DNA of 64,000 nt from the sequence record NZ_CP119397.1. The stretch is one strand, 5' to 3'. Position numbers and translations under genes: made by a program. Shown piece by piece: positions 31,325 to 41,096 of this stretch (position 1 is its first letter; the number at the start of each line of letters is the position of its first letter). The DNA is from a plasmid. The notes under the pieces are model-generated. The model saw only the letters and a list, made by a program, of their open reading frames with translations. It was not told the origin of the DNA and did no database searches.

Positions 31325-32227
31325 ATGCAGGCACTGGATGAATTACGGGCAAGGGTGTGCAAACAGATTGCCCGGCTGGGCGGCGCCAGCCCGTTTTATA
31401 CCGCCGTTGAGGGGATGATCATGTTGCAGGCAAAAACCGAACGGCACCCCACGCACCTGATCCACAAACCGGCGCTGTGCATAGTGGTGCAGGGGGAAAA
31501 GTGGACGGCGTTTGGTGAGCGGAAGCTGACGTACCGCGCCGGGCAGGCGATGGTGGTGAGCCTGGAGATGCCGGGCATGAGCCAGGTGGTGGAGGGCGAT
31601 GCCGGAACGCCCTATTTAAGCCTGGTGCTGACGCTGGATCAGGCCATCATGCGCGAGGTCTGTGAAACCCTGCCTGCGCTGCCCCCGCCACCGCAGGACA
31701 ACGGTGCCTTTGTGGTCGACCTTGATGCGCCGCTGCTGGCGTGCGCGGCCCGCGCGGTAAGCCTGCTGGAGACCCCCGACGCCATACCGCTGCTTTATCC
31801 GGGCATCATGCGGGAGATAGGTTACTGGCTGCTGACCGGGCCGCAGGGCGGCATGCTGGCGCAGCGGATCACCGGCACCGGGATGCAGCGCCGGATGGCC
31901 GGGGTGCTGCACGCCCTGCGGGCGCAGTTTAGCGAGCCGGTACGCATCAGCGATTTGGCGGCCATCGCCGGCCTCAGCCCGTCGGCGTTCCATCGCCATT
32001 TCCGCGCGCTGACCGGGATGACCCCGCTGAACTTCCAGAAACAGCTCCGCCTGATGGAGGCGCGGCGGCTGATGATGGCCGGCAATATCTCCGCCGAATC
32101 TGCCGCTTTTTCAGTGGGCTACGCCAGCGCGTCACAATTCAGCCGCGAGTATGCCCGCCTGTTTGGCGCGCCGCCCCGGCGTGACATCGCCCGCCTCTTA
32201 TCAGCCAACGGGCATGAAACCCGCTGA
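31325..32227 (+). CDS. AraC-family transcriptional regulator (AraC_N ligand domain + HTH)
   Basis: C-terminal AraC HTH; AGGAG RBS before ATG 31325. Confidence 0.8.
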   Translation: MQALDELRARVCKQIARLGGASPFYTAVEGMIMLQAKTERHPTHLIHKPALCIVVQGEKWTAFGERKLTYRAGQAMVVSLEMPGMSQVVEGDAGTPYLSLVLTLDQAIMREVCETLPALPPPPQDNGAFVVDLDAPLLACAARAVSLLETPDAIPLLYPGIMREIGYWLLTGPQGGMLAQRITGTGMQRRMAGVLHALRAQFSEPVRISDLAAIAGLSPSAFHRHFRALTGMTPLNFQKQLRLMEARRLMMAGNISAESAAFSVGYASASQFSREYARLFGAPPRRDIARLLSANGHETR

Positions 32228-32258
32228 AAAAATGATTATAGTGATCGCCTGCATCCGA

Positions 32259-32308
32259 GCCGGGGACGACCCCGGTTTCCTGTCTTTCACGTCCGGGACG
32301 GCCCGGCG
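32259..32308 (+). promoter_or_regulatory. Guanidine-II (mini-ykkC) riboswitch
   Basis: Two GC-rich hairpins each capped by an ACGR tetraloop: CCGGGG-ACGA-CCCCGG (32260-32275) and CCGGG-ACGG-CCCGG (32293-32306), 17-nt linker, directly upstream of GAGGG RBS and sugE ATG 32327. Confidence 0.8.
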
Positions 32309-32326
32309 CTTACAGAGGGCGCCGTT

Positions 32327-32641
32327 ATGGCCTGGATTCTGTTAATCATTGCGGGATTGTTTGAAGTCGTCTGGTCGTTTGCCATGAAGCAGTCACACGG
32401 CTTTACCCGGCTTGGCCCGTCCGTGGTGACGCTGGTGGCAATGCTGATAAGCTTCGCCTTGCTGGCCATTGCCATGAGATCGCTGCCGCTCGGCACCGCG
32501 TACACCCTGTGGACGGGGATTGGTGCGGTGGGCGCGTTTGTGGCGGGCCTGCTGTTTCTGGGGGAACCGGCCAGCCCGATGCGCATTGCGGCAGCGGTGC
32601 TGATTATCGCCGGTCTGGTGATGATGAAACTCTCAAGCTAG
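32327..32641 (+). CDS. sugE: SMR-family guanidinium exporter SugE/Gdx
   Basis: 104 aa, 4 TM, conserved membrane-embedded Glu (GLFEVVW), high similarity to SugE. Confidence 0.9.
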   Translation: MAWILLIIAGLFEVVWSFAMKQSHGFTRLGPSVVTLVAMLISFALLAIAMRSLPLGTAYTLWTGIGAVGAFVAGLLFLGEPASPMRIAAAVLIIAGLVMMKLSS

Positions 32642-33240
32642 GCGTGCAGTTCCGTCACGCTCAGCGTGAACACCAGCGGCTCATCGCCGTGGTTGGCGTA
32701 CTGGTGCGGCAGGTCAGTTTTGGCCACTGCGGCGTTGCCGGCCGCGATGGTCAGCGGCGTGTCGCCTACCTGGAACGCCAGCACGCCTTGCTCAACGTGG
32801 AACAGCTCTACCGTGCCGGGCGGGTGGCCGGGCGAGGAGAAAACCTCGCCGGGGAACAGCTCCCAGCGCCATAGCTCGATCATGTCCGGCCCCTGGGTGC
32901 CCGCCAGCAACCGCGCCGAGCCGCCCGCCGGGCCGCGCCACAGCACCGGCATCTCCTCTTGGGTGATCAGGTGCGCGACGGGGGTATCCGCCACGTTGAC
33001 GATGTCCGCCACCGACAGCCCCAGGGCCGCGGCGATCTTACACAGAATGGCGATGCTGGGGTTGGCGGTGCCTTTTTCGATCTCCACCAGCATGCCTTTA
33101 CTGACGCCGGCGCGGCGCGACAGCTCATCCAGCGAGAGTTTCCGGCCGGTGCGGCAGGTTTTTATCCGGCGGGAAACCGCCTCGCTGACCTGCTGGACAT
33201 CAGCGCCCGGCCCGGTCGGTTTATTGACTTTTTTGGTCAT
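32638..33240 (-). CDS. XRE-family transcriptional regulator with C-terminal cupin domain
   Basis: N-terminal HTH_3 (LSLDELSRRAGVSKGMLVEIEKG) + cupin_2 tail. Confidence 0.8.
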   Translation of the reverse strand: MTKKVNKPTGPGADVQQVSEAVSRRIKTCRTGRKLSLDELSRRAGVSKGMLVEIEKGTANPSIAILCKIAAALGLSVADIVNVADTPVAHLITQEEMPVLWRGPAGGSARLLAGTQGPDMIELWRWELFPGEVFSSPGHPPGTVELFHVEQGVLAFQVGDTPLTIAAGNAAVAKTDLPHQYANHGDEPLVFTLSVTELHA

Positions 33241-33283
33241 CGGTCATTATCATGTAATAAATTAGTCACTACAGGATTATCCG

Positions 33284-33991
33284 ATGTTTACCGTTCAGCC
33301 GTCAATCGATCCCGCACTCGCTGCCATTGCGCCCGGCTTCCGCGCCCTGAGCATTACGGTGGAGGCCGCGCCGCTGCGGCATCCGGAGGTGGCAGACGCC
33401 GCCCTGGCCGATGCGTGCCGCGCTGTCACCGCCGGGGAAGCCCCCTGGTCAGAGGCCCACCTCGCCGCCTGGGCGGAGGTGTTTAAACGCTTTGGTGCCA
33501 AACCGAAACGCACGCCCTGTTCTGCCGAGGCACTGCGCAAGCGCGTCGCGCGCGACGGCAACGTGCCGGGCATCGACCCGGTGGTGGATCTCTATAACGC
33601 GGTGAGCATCCGTTTTGCCATCCCGGTCGGCGGTGAGAATATTGCGGCTTACCACGGCGCACCGCGCCTGACGCTGGCTGACGGCACGGAGCTGTTTGAT
33701 ACCGTGAAAGAGGGCGAACCGGCGCACGAGTCCCCGGAGCCGGGGGAAGTTATCTGGCGGGATGACACCGGCGTGACCTGCCGCCGCTGGAACTGGCGGC
33801 AGGGCGTGCGGACCCGCCTGGACGCCAACGCAACGCAGATGTGGTTTATCCTGGAAAGCCTGCCGGAGATGCCGCTGGAGGCGCTGAACGCCGCCGGTGA
33901 GATGCTGGTCACCGGGCTGCAACAGATGATGCCCGGCGCGGTTATCGGGAAACAGCTGATTGGGTTCACGCAGCCGGATGCCGGCCACTAA
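33284..33991 (+). CDS. B3/B4 tRNA-binding-domain-like protein
   Basis: PheT B3_4-like pattern (NAVSIRFAIPVGGENI, CRRWNWRQG). Confidence 0.55.
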   Translation: MFTVQPSIDPALAAIAPGFRALSITVEAAPLRHPEVADAALADACRAVTAGEAPWSEAHLAAWAEVFKRFGAKPKRTPCSAEALRKRVARDGNVPGIDPVVDLYNAVSIRFAIPVGGENIAAYHGAPRLTLADGTELFDTVKEGEPAHESPEPGEVIWRDDTGVTCRRWNWRQGVRTRLDANATQMWFILESLPEMPLEALNAAGEMLVTGLQQMMPGAVIGKQLIGFTQPDAGH

Positions 33992-34143
33992 AAAGTGACA
34001 GCGTCACGCTTGGGGCGTCATAAGCCCGGCAGGCGCAATACGTCCGGCAAGCTCAATAAGATAAGCGCCGGCCGCCGGATGCTGCTTTACTGTATGGGCA
34101 TTGTTATTGATTTTGGTCATATTGTTAACCAGAGGAGAACCCC

Positions 34144-34449
34144 ATGACAGTCCCCGTCGTTGCCATTTTTGAAGTGAACGTAGGTGCAGAAGAGACGGTA
34201 GAAGCGCTGTTCCGTGGCGTGATTGAGACCACGCTGACGGAAGAAGGGTGCATCAGCTATCAGTTAAACCGTGACGCAGAAAACCCGCGCCGTTTTGTGT
34301 GGACGGAAGAGTGGGCCAGCCGCGAGCTGCTGCAAAAACACATTGAAGCACCGCACATTGCTGCCCTGTTCGAGGCACTGCCGCAATACCTGACCAGTTC
34401 TGAAGTGATCGCGCTGACCCCGATTGCGGGCGGCAAAGCGCAGGGCTGA
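34144..34449 (+). CDS. Antibiotic biosynthesis monooxygenase (ABM) family protein, YgiN-like
   Basis: ~100 aa ferredoxin-like ABM fold signature. Confidence 0.75.
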   Translation: MTVPVVAIFEVNVGAEETVEALFRGVIETTLTEEGCISYQLNRDAENPRRFVWTEEWASRELLQKHIEAPHIAALFEALPQYLTSSEVIALTPIAGGKAQG

Positions 34450-34474
34450 CAGGTCAAGCCAGCCTGTTGTGCTC

Positions 34475-34500
34475 ATGAAGCCCGGTTCGCCGGGCTTCAT
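34475..34500. terminator. Hairpin between convergent genes
   Basis: atgaagcccgg ttcg ccgggcttcat. Confidence 0.55.
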
Positions 34501-34511
34501 GTTGCTGCCGG

Positions 34512-34811
34512 TTACCGTTTGCCGCGCTCCACCGAGGCTGACCAGTTAAAATCACTGACTTCACTTGCCGTCAGCGCTGAGGGTTTCTTTTTCCGTACCG
34601 GCTTTTTGGCCGCTTTCGCTTTCTCTTTCGCCAGTTTCTCAGCCATCACCGTTTCCCTGGCCTCGGCAATCAGCTCTTTCTCTTTCTTGCTGTCCGGCGC
34701 TTTGCCGGTGCGTAACTGATATTTTTGTACCCGTTCCCTGACCATCTCATCCACGGCCAGCCGCTCGTCAGCCGTAAACTGATCGATTGAAATCATCTTT
34801 TTATCTTTCAT
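34512..34811 (-). CDS. Lys-rich hypothetical protein
   Basis: Clean ORF with AGGAG-like RBS; no confident family assignment. Confidence 0.5.
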   Translation of the reverse strand: MKDKKMISIDQFTADERLAVDEMVRERVQKYQLRTGKAPDSKKEKELIAEARETVMAEKLAKEKAKAAKKPVRKKKPSALTASEVSDFNWSASVERGKR

Positions 34812-35051
34812 CGCGTTCGCCTAAGAGTGAATTGTCCTGCCCAGCTTAGTGGATAGCCGCCCCACTGAGAACCAGAATCAGACTGATGAGCCGCTTTCAT
34901 AGCGGCTATGCGCGCGCAAGGGATTATCTCCCGGCCGGTTCCCCTTAGGATACCCCTCTTTCTAACGCCGATTTTCGTTTTCTTTTTTATGAACAGCATC
35001 CGTGCTGTTGCCTCTGTTCACCTTCCATGGGTTAAGAAAAAGGGATCCCTC

Positions 35052-35264
35052 ATGAGCCGTCAACCAAACCCGCTTTCCCCTGATACCTCCCCACCGATGC
35101 CGGGACGCCGCAAACAGCTGATGGCCGGGTGGCGTACCAGCGACGACATCCTTGCCCGTCTCGCCCCAACTGCCCGCCGGGAAAAACCGCTGGTCATTGA
35201 ATGCGACCAGGAGCGGAGAACCACAGAAACGGTCACCAGTTGGTTAGAGACGATACGCGGCTGA
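35052..35264 (+). CDS. Small hypothetical protein (70 aa)
   Basis: AAAAAGGGAT RBS 5 nt before ATG 35052; ORF-track entry 34908..35264 trimmed. Confidence 0.35.
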   Translation: MSRQPNPLSPDTSPPMPGRRKQLMAGWRTSDDILARLAPTARREKPLVIECDQERRTTETVTSWLETIRG

Positions 35265-35286
35265 TTTTTTATAAGAGGAAATTACA

Positions 35287-36351
35287 TTGAAGACACTTTT
35301 AAAAACGCTGGCCATCTGCGCGATGGCGGGTGGCCTGGTGGCTCAGTCGGTATATGCCGCGCCATTGGTTATTCAGGAACAGGGAAGCTTTTCTGCTGGT
35401 GGCACCATCATCACTGCACCGGGGACGTTTGACGCGAAAAAGCCGCTGGACTCTGCCGGTCAAACTTATCATGGCGATCATGCGTCTGTGTTCTACCAAA
35501 TCCCGGAGAATCCGCATAAATACCCTATTGTCATGTTGCATGGTGCAGGTCAGTTCTCCCGTACCTGGGAAAGCACCCCGGATGGCCGCGAAGGGTTCCA
35601 GAACATCTTCCTGCGTCGTGGCTTCTCAACTTATCTTGTCGATCAGCCGCGCCGGGGCAGCGCCGGGCGCACGGCTGTAGAAGGGACTGTTACGCCAAAA
35701 CCGGATGAGCAGATGTGGTTTAACCAGTTCCGCGTTGGCGTGTGGCCTGAGTATTTTAAAGGCGTCCAGTTCTCTCACGACAAAGAAGCCCTGAACCAGT
35801 ACTTCCGTCAGATGACCCCGAATACCGGGCCGTTTGATATCAAGGTTATCTCCGGTGCGATGTCCGCCGTCGTGGACAAATCCGGCCCGGCTATCCTCTT
35901 CACCCACTCTCAGGGGGGCGGGCCAGGCTGGTACACGGCGATGAAAAACGACAAGGTCAAAGCCATTGTCGCCTTCGAGCCTGGCAGCAGCTTTGTCTTC
36001 CCGGAAAAAGAACTCCCAGCCCCTATGCCAAGTGCGTTCGACACGCTGAAAGGTGAGCCTGTGCCGATGGAACAGTTTATGGCGCTGACTAACATCCCGA
36101 TTCTGATTATTTACGGCGATAACATCCCGGATAAGCCTGTTGCCATGCCCGCACAGGACAGCTGGCGGCTACGGCTGGCGATGGCTCGTGAGTGGCGTGA
36201 CGTGGTGAACAAGCATGGCGGGGATGTGACGGTTACGCACCTGCCCGGGATAGGAATCAAAGGGAATACCCACTTCCCGTTCTCTGACCTGAATAATGTG
36301 CAGATTGCTGATTTGGTGAGTCAGTTTTTGAAGGAAAAGGATCTGCAATAG
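35287..36351 (+). CDS. Secreted alpha/beta-hydrolase fold protein (TTG start)
   Basis: Signal peptide ..VYA-APL; HGAGQ and nucleophile-elbow context (THSQGGG); AAGAGGAAA RBS before TTG 35287. Confidence 0.75.
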   Translation: MKTLLKTLAICAMAGGLVAQSVYAAPLVIQEQGSFSAGGTIITAPGTFDAKKPLDSAGQTYHGDHASVFYQIPENPHKYPIVMLHGAGQFSRTWESTPDGREGFQNIFLRRGFSTYLVDQPRRGSAGRTAVEGTVTPKPDEQMWFNQFRVGVWPEYFKGVQFSHDKEALNQYFRQMTPNTGPFDIKVISGAMSAVVDKSGPAILFTHSQGGGPGWYTAMKNDKVKAIVAFEPGSSFVFPEKELPAPMPSAFDTLKGEPVPMEQFMALTNIPILIIYGDNIPDKPVAMPAQDSWRLRLAMAREWRDVVNKHGGDVTVTHLPGIGIKGNTHFPFSDLNNVQIADLVSQFLKEKDLQ

Positions 36352-36361
36352 AAAACGGTAG

Positions 36362-36389
36362 TAGTGAGCCTTCATGAGTAAAGGCTCAC
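36362..36389 (+). terminator. Hairpin after hydrolase gene
   Basis: agtgagcctt..aaggctcact, weak T tract. Confidence 0.45.
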
Positions 36390-36432
36390 TATAAGCATCG
36401 GCTTTATCAAAAAATAAAATGGGAACGTGATG

Positions 36433-36456
36433 GTCTGCTTTGAGCGGGAAGCAGAC
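36433..36456. repeat. REP-like palindromic element, variant copy (gtctgctttgagcgggaagcagac)
   Basis: Shares CTTTGAGCG core and hairpin architecture with copies at 38892, 42085. Confidence 0.6.
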
Positions 36457-36600
36457 GTTCAGACGGCACATTTAAATCGAGATGTTTTCAACAAAAGGCG
36501 TAAGTCAGCTTAGGGCAGCTATATGGAAAAAGCTTCGCCTTTAAAAAATTTCGCCAGCTTTTCTTTTCACGTGGTTCAATGTACTGGATTGCTTAGTCAA

Positions 36601-37509
36601 TCATACTGCTCCCTTACTGGGTATACCCAAATGGGCAATAGCCCATTGCAGGTGTTCCAGAAATGCCTTCACTTTGACCTGTAGATATTTTCTGCCGGAA
36701 TAGAGCGCGTATAGCACCAGATCTTCAGGTTCGAGATTACAGTTAATTTTAACAAGGGAGCCGTTGTTGATTTCTGATTCACAGGCATGAAGAGGCAAAA
36801 TGGCGAAACCAAGTCCTTTTAGCGCCGCGGCCTTGGCCATCTGTCCACTGTTCACCTTGTAACTGGACTGCACCTGGACGGTTTGGTTCTGTTTGAATCG
36901 CCAAGGCATTCCCTGGAGCACCGACATACTCGTAATGCAGGGGATTTTGGTAAGTTCATCAACCGATTGTGGTGATGGATGACGTTCCAGAAGTTCGGGT
37001 GCGGCTACCACACAGCTCGGCCAGCGCAGAATTTCTCTGGCGACCCAGCAAGAATCTTCCAGTGGTCCACGTCCAAAGCGCAATACCAGATCGAATCCAT
37101 CCAGTAGTCCCTCTGTTGGATCCAATTGTGTGTCACAACTGAGCTGTATTTGTGGATGCCGAATGCAGAAGTCAGCGAGAATGTCTGCCATGAATGGAAG
37201 GTCTGGTGTAATGATCTTCAGGTGGCCTGATAGTGAATCACCAAATAGTGATACTTCTTCCAGAGCATGATCCAAAGCGTGTGTGAGCGGCGTGATGGAT
37301 TGATACAGCAGCTTCCCGGCTGCGGTTGGCATTATCTTACGCGTCGTGCGCTCCAGCAGCCGCACATGAAGTTGTTGTTCAAGTAAAGCGATATGTCGAC
37401 TGACATTGGATGGTGGCAACTGAAGCTGGTCTGCCGCGAGCTTAAAACTCAACTTTTCATAAACGGCCTGAAAGCAGATCAGCCACTGCATTTCTAATTT
37501 CTCAATCAT
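36601..37509 (-). CDS. LysR-family transcriptional regulator
   Basis: LysR HTH + effector domain; divergent from monooxygenase gene. Confidence 0.85.
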   Translation of the reverse strand: MIEKLEMQWLICFQAVYEKLSFKLAADQLQLPPSNVSRHIALLEQQLHVRLLERTTRKIMPTAAGKLLYQSITPLTHALDHALEEVSLFGDSLSGHLKIITPDLPFMADILADFCIRHPQIQLSCDTQLDPTEGLLDGFDLVLRFGRGPLEDSCWVAREILRWPSCVVAAPELLERHPSPQSVDELTKIPCITSMSVLQGMPWRFKQNQTVQVQSSYKVNSGQMAKAAALKGLGFAILPLHACESEINNGSLVKINCNLEPEDLVLYALYSGRKYLQVKVKAFLEHLQWAIAHLGIPSKGAV

Positions 37510-37609
37510 TAATTATCCCAAAAAATGAGATTAACAAAACTATAATTCCATATTTATCACTAATCAGGTGGTCATTACAATTTCTATCAGGTTTTGTAAT
37601 AGGGAGGAA

Positions 37610-38725
37610 ATGATGACCAGAACTAAAAAAATTGCCATTGTAGGTGCTGGGGTTGCTGGAATGGCACTGGCTATCCTCGCAACCAAACAGGGCCATCAAG
37701 TCAGTCTGTTTGAACGTGGCAGCAACGTGTCTTTTATGGGAGCTGGTGTGACATTATGGCCCAATGCCATGTTCGTCATGCAGAAGATGGGACTGGACAA
37801 AAAGGTCATGCAAGTGGGTGGTACGCCATGCATGATGCGCCAGTTTGATCAGAATGGTCTCCTTCAGACGAAGTTCGATATTTTAGCAGTAAATTCACTT
37901 TGCAATTTTCCCAGTGTGACAGTTTTACGGCGTGAGCTGATGAGCTTACTGGCCGGTGCGTTAGATAATTTAGGTAGGGAGATTACGTTCAATTGTTCAA
38001 TCACCGCAGCAGACGTGATGAAGTTGAGCCAAGAGTTTGATCTGGTAGTTGGAGCCGACGGGCGTATGAATTCAATCGTCCGCCAGACATTGTATGCGGA
38101 AAAAGCCACTCCTCGTTATCATGGCTTTGTGAATGTAATAGGTGTGGGAAGACAACAAAAGGGTAACTTTAACAACGCTATAGATGACTTTCGCGGTCAA
38201 GGTGAGCGTTTTGGAATCGTCCCAGTGAATGATGGGTGGTGCTATTGGGCAGGAGCGTGGAGCGCTCCTATTGACAATGAACGTCCCCGGGCGCATTGGT
38301 GCGAAGAGTTGCATCAGCGTTTTCGGGGCTGGCCTGCTCCTGTGCAGAATGTACTGCTGTCATGTGATAGCACATCAGTTAATTGCATTTTTGTTCATGA
38401 CATTGATCCTCTTCCCTTTTGGCATCAAGGCAACGTCTTAATGATCGGAGACGCGGCTCATGCTTCCTTGCCGACATCTGGGCAGGGAGCATGTCAGGCG
38501 CTGGAAGATGCATGGCATCTTACTCGCTTACTGAAGGGGACTGATGATCTGGAGACTGCTCTGCAAGGCTTTTACCAACAGAGACATATCAAGACCTCAG
38601 CAGCACAGTTAGTTGGAAGACGATTCGCTGAGAAGATTTTTTCTGAACAACCTGAACCACTGCTGCCTGCATCCACTATTTCCACTGCAGAACTCAGCCG
38701 GTTTTGGATGCAAGGGTTGACGTAG
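37610..38725 (+). CDS. FAD-dependent monooxygenase (salicylate hydroxylase-like class A flavoprotein)
   Basis: GAGVAGMA dinucleotide motif, DG and GDAAH motifs; AGGGAGG RBS before ATG 37610. Confidence 0.85.
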   Translation: MMTRTKKIAIVGAGVAGMALAILATKQGHQVSLFERGSNVSFMGAGVTLWPNAMFVMQKMGLDKKVMQVGGTPCMMRQFDQNGLLQTKFDILAVNSLCNFPSVTVLRRELMSLLAGALDNLGREITFNCSITAADVMKLSQEFDLVVGADGRMNSIVRQTLYAEKATPRYHGFVNVIGVGRQQKGNFNNAIDDFRGQGERFGIVPVNDGWCYWAGAWSAPIDNERPRAHWCEELHQRFRGWPAPVQNVLLSCDSTSVNCIFVHDIDPLPFWHQGNVLMIGDAAHASLPTSGQGACQALEDAWHLTRLLKGTDDLETALQGFYQQRHIKTSAAQLVGRRFAEKIFSEQPEPLLPASTISTAELSRFWMQGLT

Positions 38726-38856
38726 TTAGCCTTTTGAAATTAAGTCGTAGGGATTCGGTATGCCTGTATGTCAGCAAAATACTCATTGGTGCAATGTTTT
38801 GATAAGCACTGGCCTGCTCTCCGATAATTAATGCAGCGCAGAGCTAGCAACGTCCC

Positions 38857-38915
38857 CTTGTGGCACTTAGCGGACTGATACTCAGTCTGATGTCCGCTTT
38901 GAGCGAAAAGCGGAC
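38857..38915. repeat. REP-like composite element (..tggcacttagcggac.. + gtccgctttgagcgaaaagcggac)
   Basis: Hairpin core 38892-38915 identical to copy at 42085-42108. Confidence 0.7.
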
Positions 38916-38931
38916 ACGGTCGTTCATCCTG

Positions 38932-39225
38932 TTAAAGGTTGGCCCCTTCAACCAACACAAAGGTGCCGGTCGCCGCGCCTGCCCGGATTAATCTGGCTGC
39001 CTGATAGTCAGGACTCTCATAAAAACGTTTGGCCTCGGCAAAAGAAGCAAATTCAAAAATGACATGTCGTTCATGAGATTCTCCCTCAAGGTTTTCATAC
39101 TGACCGGACCAGGCAATGATTTTTGGATTAAAAGCCTGCATGGCTTCCCCGGCGGCCCGGGCATAGTCAGCATAGGCAACAGGATCTGAGACCGTCACAT
39201 GAGCGATTAAATAACCTTTATTCAT
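38932..39225 (-). CDS. DUF1330-domain protein
   Basis: ~97 aa, conserved DUF1330 pattern (FEFASFAEAKRFYESPDYQ). Confidence 0.7.
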   Translation of the reverse strand: MNKGYLIAHVTVSDPVAYADYARAAGEAMQAFNPKIIAWSGQYENLEGESHERHVIFEFASFAEAKRFYESPDYQAARLIRAGAATGTFVLVEGANL

Positions 39226-39300
39226 CTCTTTTTATCCTTCATCAAGGGGAGTGTAGACCCGCATAAACACATAAACAGGCGCGCGCTTACGCCGGAGAGT

Positions 39301-40371
39301 TTAAAGACGTTGGGTTGCATGCTGTGCCGTTGAGGGAAAAGGTCGCGGATAGCGTTCCGCATCCTGATGTTCGATCATCCATCCCGGATAGTGCGGTGAC
39401 AGTGCGCTTATCGCATCAAGATGTGCCAGCTCTTCCGTGGTCAGGACAACGTCTGTCGCCCCGAGATTCTCCGTAAGCTGGTCGCTCCGCTTCACGCCAA
39501 TAATGACGCTGGTCACACCGGGCCTGGCGAGTAGCCATGCGAGGGCGATCCTGCTTACCGATACCGCGTGTTTGCCGGCAATGTCGCGCATTTCGGCGAC
39601 GCATCGCCAGGCCAGATCGCGATCGACGGGCGGGAAATCGAATTGACTACGGCGGGCATCACTTTCCGCTGAGGCACCGGGGCCAAATTTCCCGGAAAGT
39701 AAGCCGCCCGCGAGAGGCGACCAGACAAGGAGCCCCATCTTCTCTTCGCGCACCAGCGGGACTAACTCCCTTTCTACGTCGCGCCCGGCAATGGAGTAAT
39801 ACGCCTGAAGCGTCTCGAACCGTGTAACGTGAAGCGCTTCACTCAGACCAAGCGATTTTCCCAGCTTGCCGGCGGCCCAGTTCGATACGCCAACATACCG
39901 GACCAGTCCCTGCCGGGTGAGATCGTCAAGCGCGCGCAGTGTTTCCTCAAGGGGCGTCACCGGATCGCTCGCGTGTATCTGAAACAGATCAATATAATCG
40001 ACCTGCAATCGCTCCAGGCTCCGCTGCACTGAATCCATAATATGCCCGCGTGACGCCCCCTTATCGTTAGGGCCGGGGCCCATCACCCCGCCGGTTTTGG
40101 TGGCGAGGATGATGTCGCTGCGTGTCACGCCAAGCGTTTTGAGTGCTGCCCCCGTGATGCGCTCAGACTGGCCGAAAGAGTAAATATCAGCCGTATCAAT
40201 AAAGTTGATGCCGCCCGACAATGCCTGCGCGATGAGCTGGTTCGCTGCGTCCTGGGCTACCGCGCCGATGGCGGACCACCTGCCCGCATCTGCGTTGCCG
40301 CCCAGGGTCATGGTGCCGAGACACAATTCAGAGACGAACAGGCCTGTTCGGCCAAGTTGATTATATTTCAA
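39301..40371 (-). CDS. Aldo/keto reductase (Tas/YajO-like)
   Basis: AKR motifs (IDTADIY, LQVDYIDLFQIH). Confidence 0.85.
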   Translation of the reverse strand: MKYNQLGRTGLFVSELCLGTMTLGGNADAGRWSAIGAVAQDAANQLIAQALSGGINFIDTADIYSFGQSERITGAALKTLGVTRSDIILATKTGGVMGPGPNDKGASRGHIMDSVQRSLERLQVDYIDLFQIHASDPVTPLEETLRALDDLTRQGLVRYVGVSNWAAGKLGKSLGLSEALHVTRFETLQAYYSIAGRDVERELVPLVREEKMGLLVWSPLAGGLLSGKFGPGASAESDARRSQFDFPPVDRDLAWRCVAEMRDIAGKHAVSVSRIALAWLLARPGVTSVIIGVKRSDQLTENLGATDVVLTTEELAHLDAISALSPHYPGWMIEHQDAERYPRPFPSTAQHATQRL

Positions 40372-40398
40372 TGGATTAGACCTGTTTTATTTCATGGG

Positions 40399-40980
40399 TT
40401 ATGCGTTGACGGGGTGAAACCGCGCGGCGATATTTGCGACACGGGCCCCATAACGGCGCGCCGTTTCGAGGTCACCGGAAGACATCTCTTCGGGCGAGGC
40501 GTCAGCGGGGGTTTGTGCCATTGGGCCGATATTGGAGCCCATCCGGTTAAGGTCATCACGCAATGACGCTTTGGTATTCGAGGATTTGATGTCCATGTTG
40601 ACCCAGATACCGCCGTGCTGACCGGCGAGCAGAAAGAAATAGGCCAGGGTATTCAGCTTGTCGCCATTGATGCTGGCGCTATTGGTAAAGCCGCCGAAAA
40701 TTTTGTTCACCCACTTCCCCTCAAACCAGGGTTTTGACGAGGCATCGGCAAACTTTTTGAACTGCCAGCTGGGCCCGCCCATATAGGTGGGTGACCCGAA
40801 CAGAATGACATCTGCCTCGCTGAGTTTTGCCCACCCCTCCTCAGCAATATTTCCTTCGGCGTTGATAGCGATCAGCGTGGCACCGGCGCCTTCAGCCACG
40901 GCGGCAGCCATCCGTTCCGTATGCCCGTAGCCAGAGTGATAGATAACCACGGCGTTAATGATTTTCAGGGAATGAGACAT
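40399..40980 (-). CDS. Flavodoxin-like-fold NAD(P)H-dependent oxidoreductase (WrbA/quinone reductase type)
   Basis: VIYHSGYGHTE..FGSPTYMG flavodoxin-like FMN-binding pattern. Confidence 0.75.
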   Translation of the reverse strand: MSHSLKIINAVVIYHSGYGHTERMAAAVAEGAGATLIAINAEGNIAEEGWAKLSEADVILFGSPTYMGGPSWQFKKFADASSKPWFEGKWVNKIFGGFTNSASINGDKLNTLAYFFLLAGQHGGIWVNMDIKSSNTKASLRDDLNRMGSNIGPMAQTPADASPEEMSSGDLETARRYGARVANIAARFHPVNA

Positions 40981-41096
40981 GTTGATAGCCTTCAGTGAAC
41001 GTTATGCGGGATACGCGGTGTAAAAGCAGTCTATTAAGTACTACTATCCGCATAAACCACCCAAAAAATGACACACTGTTACCCTGAGAATGAACA

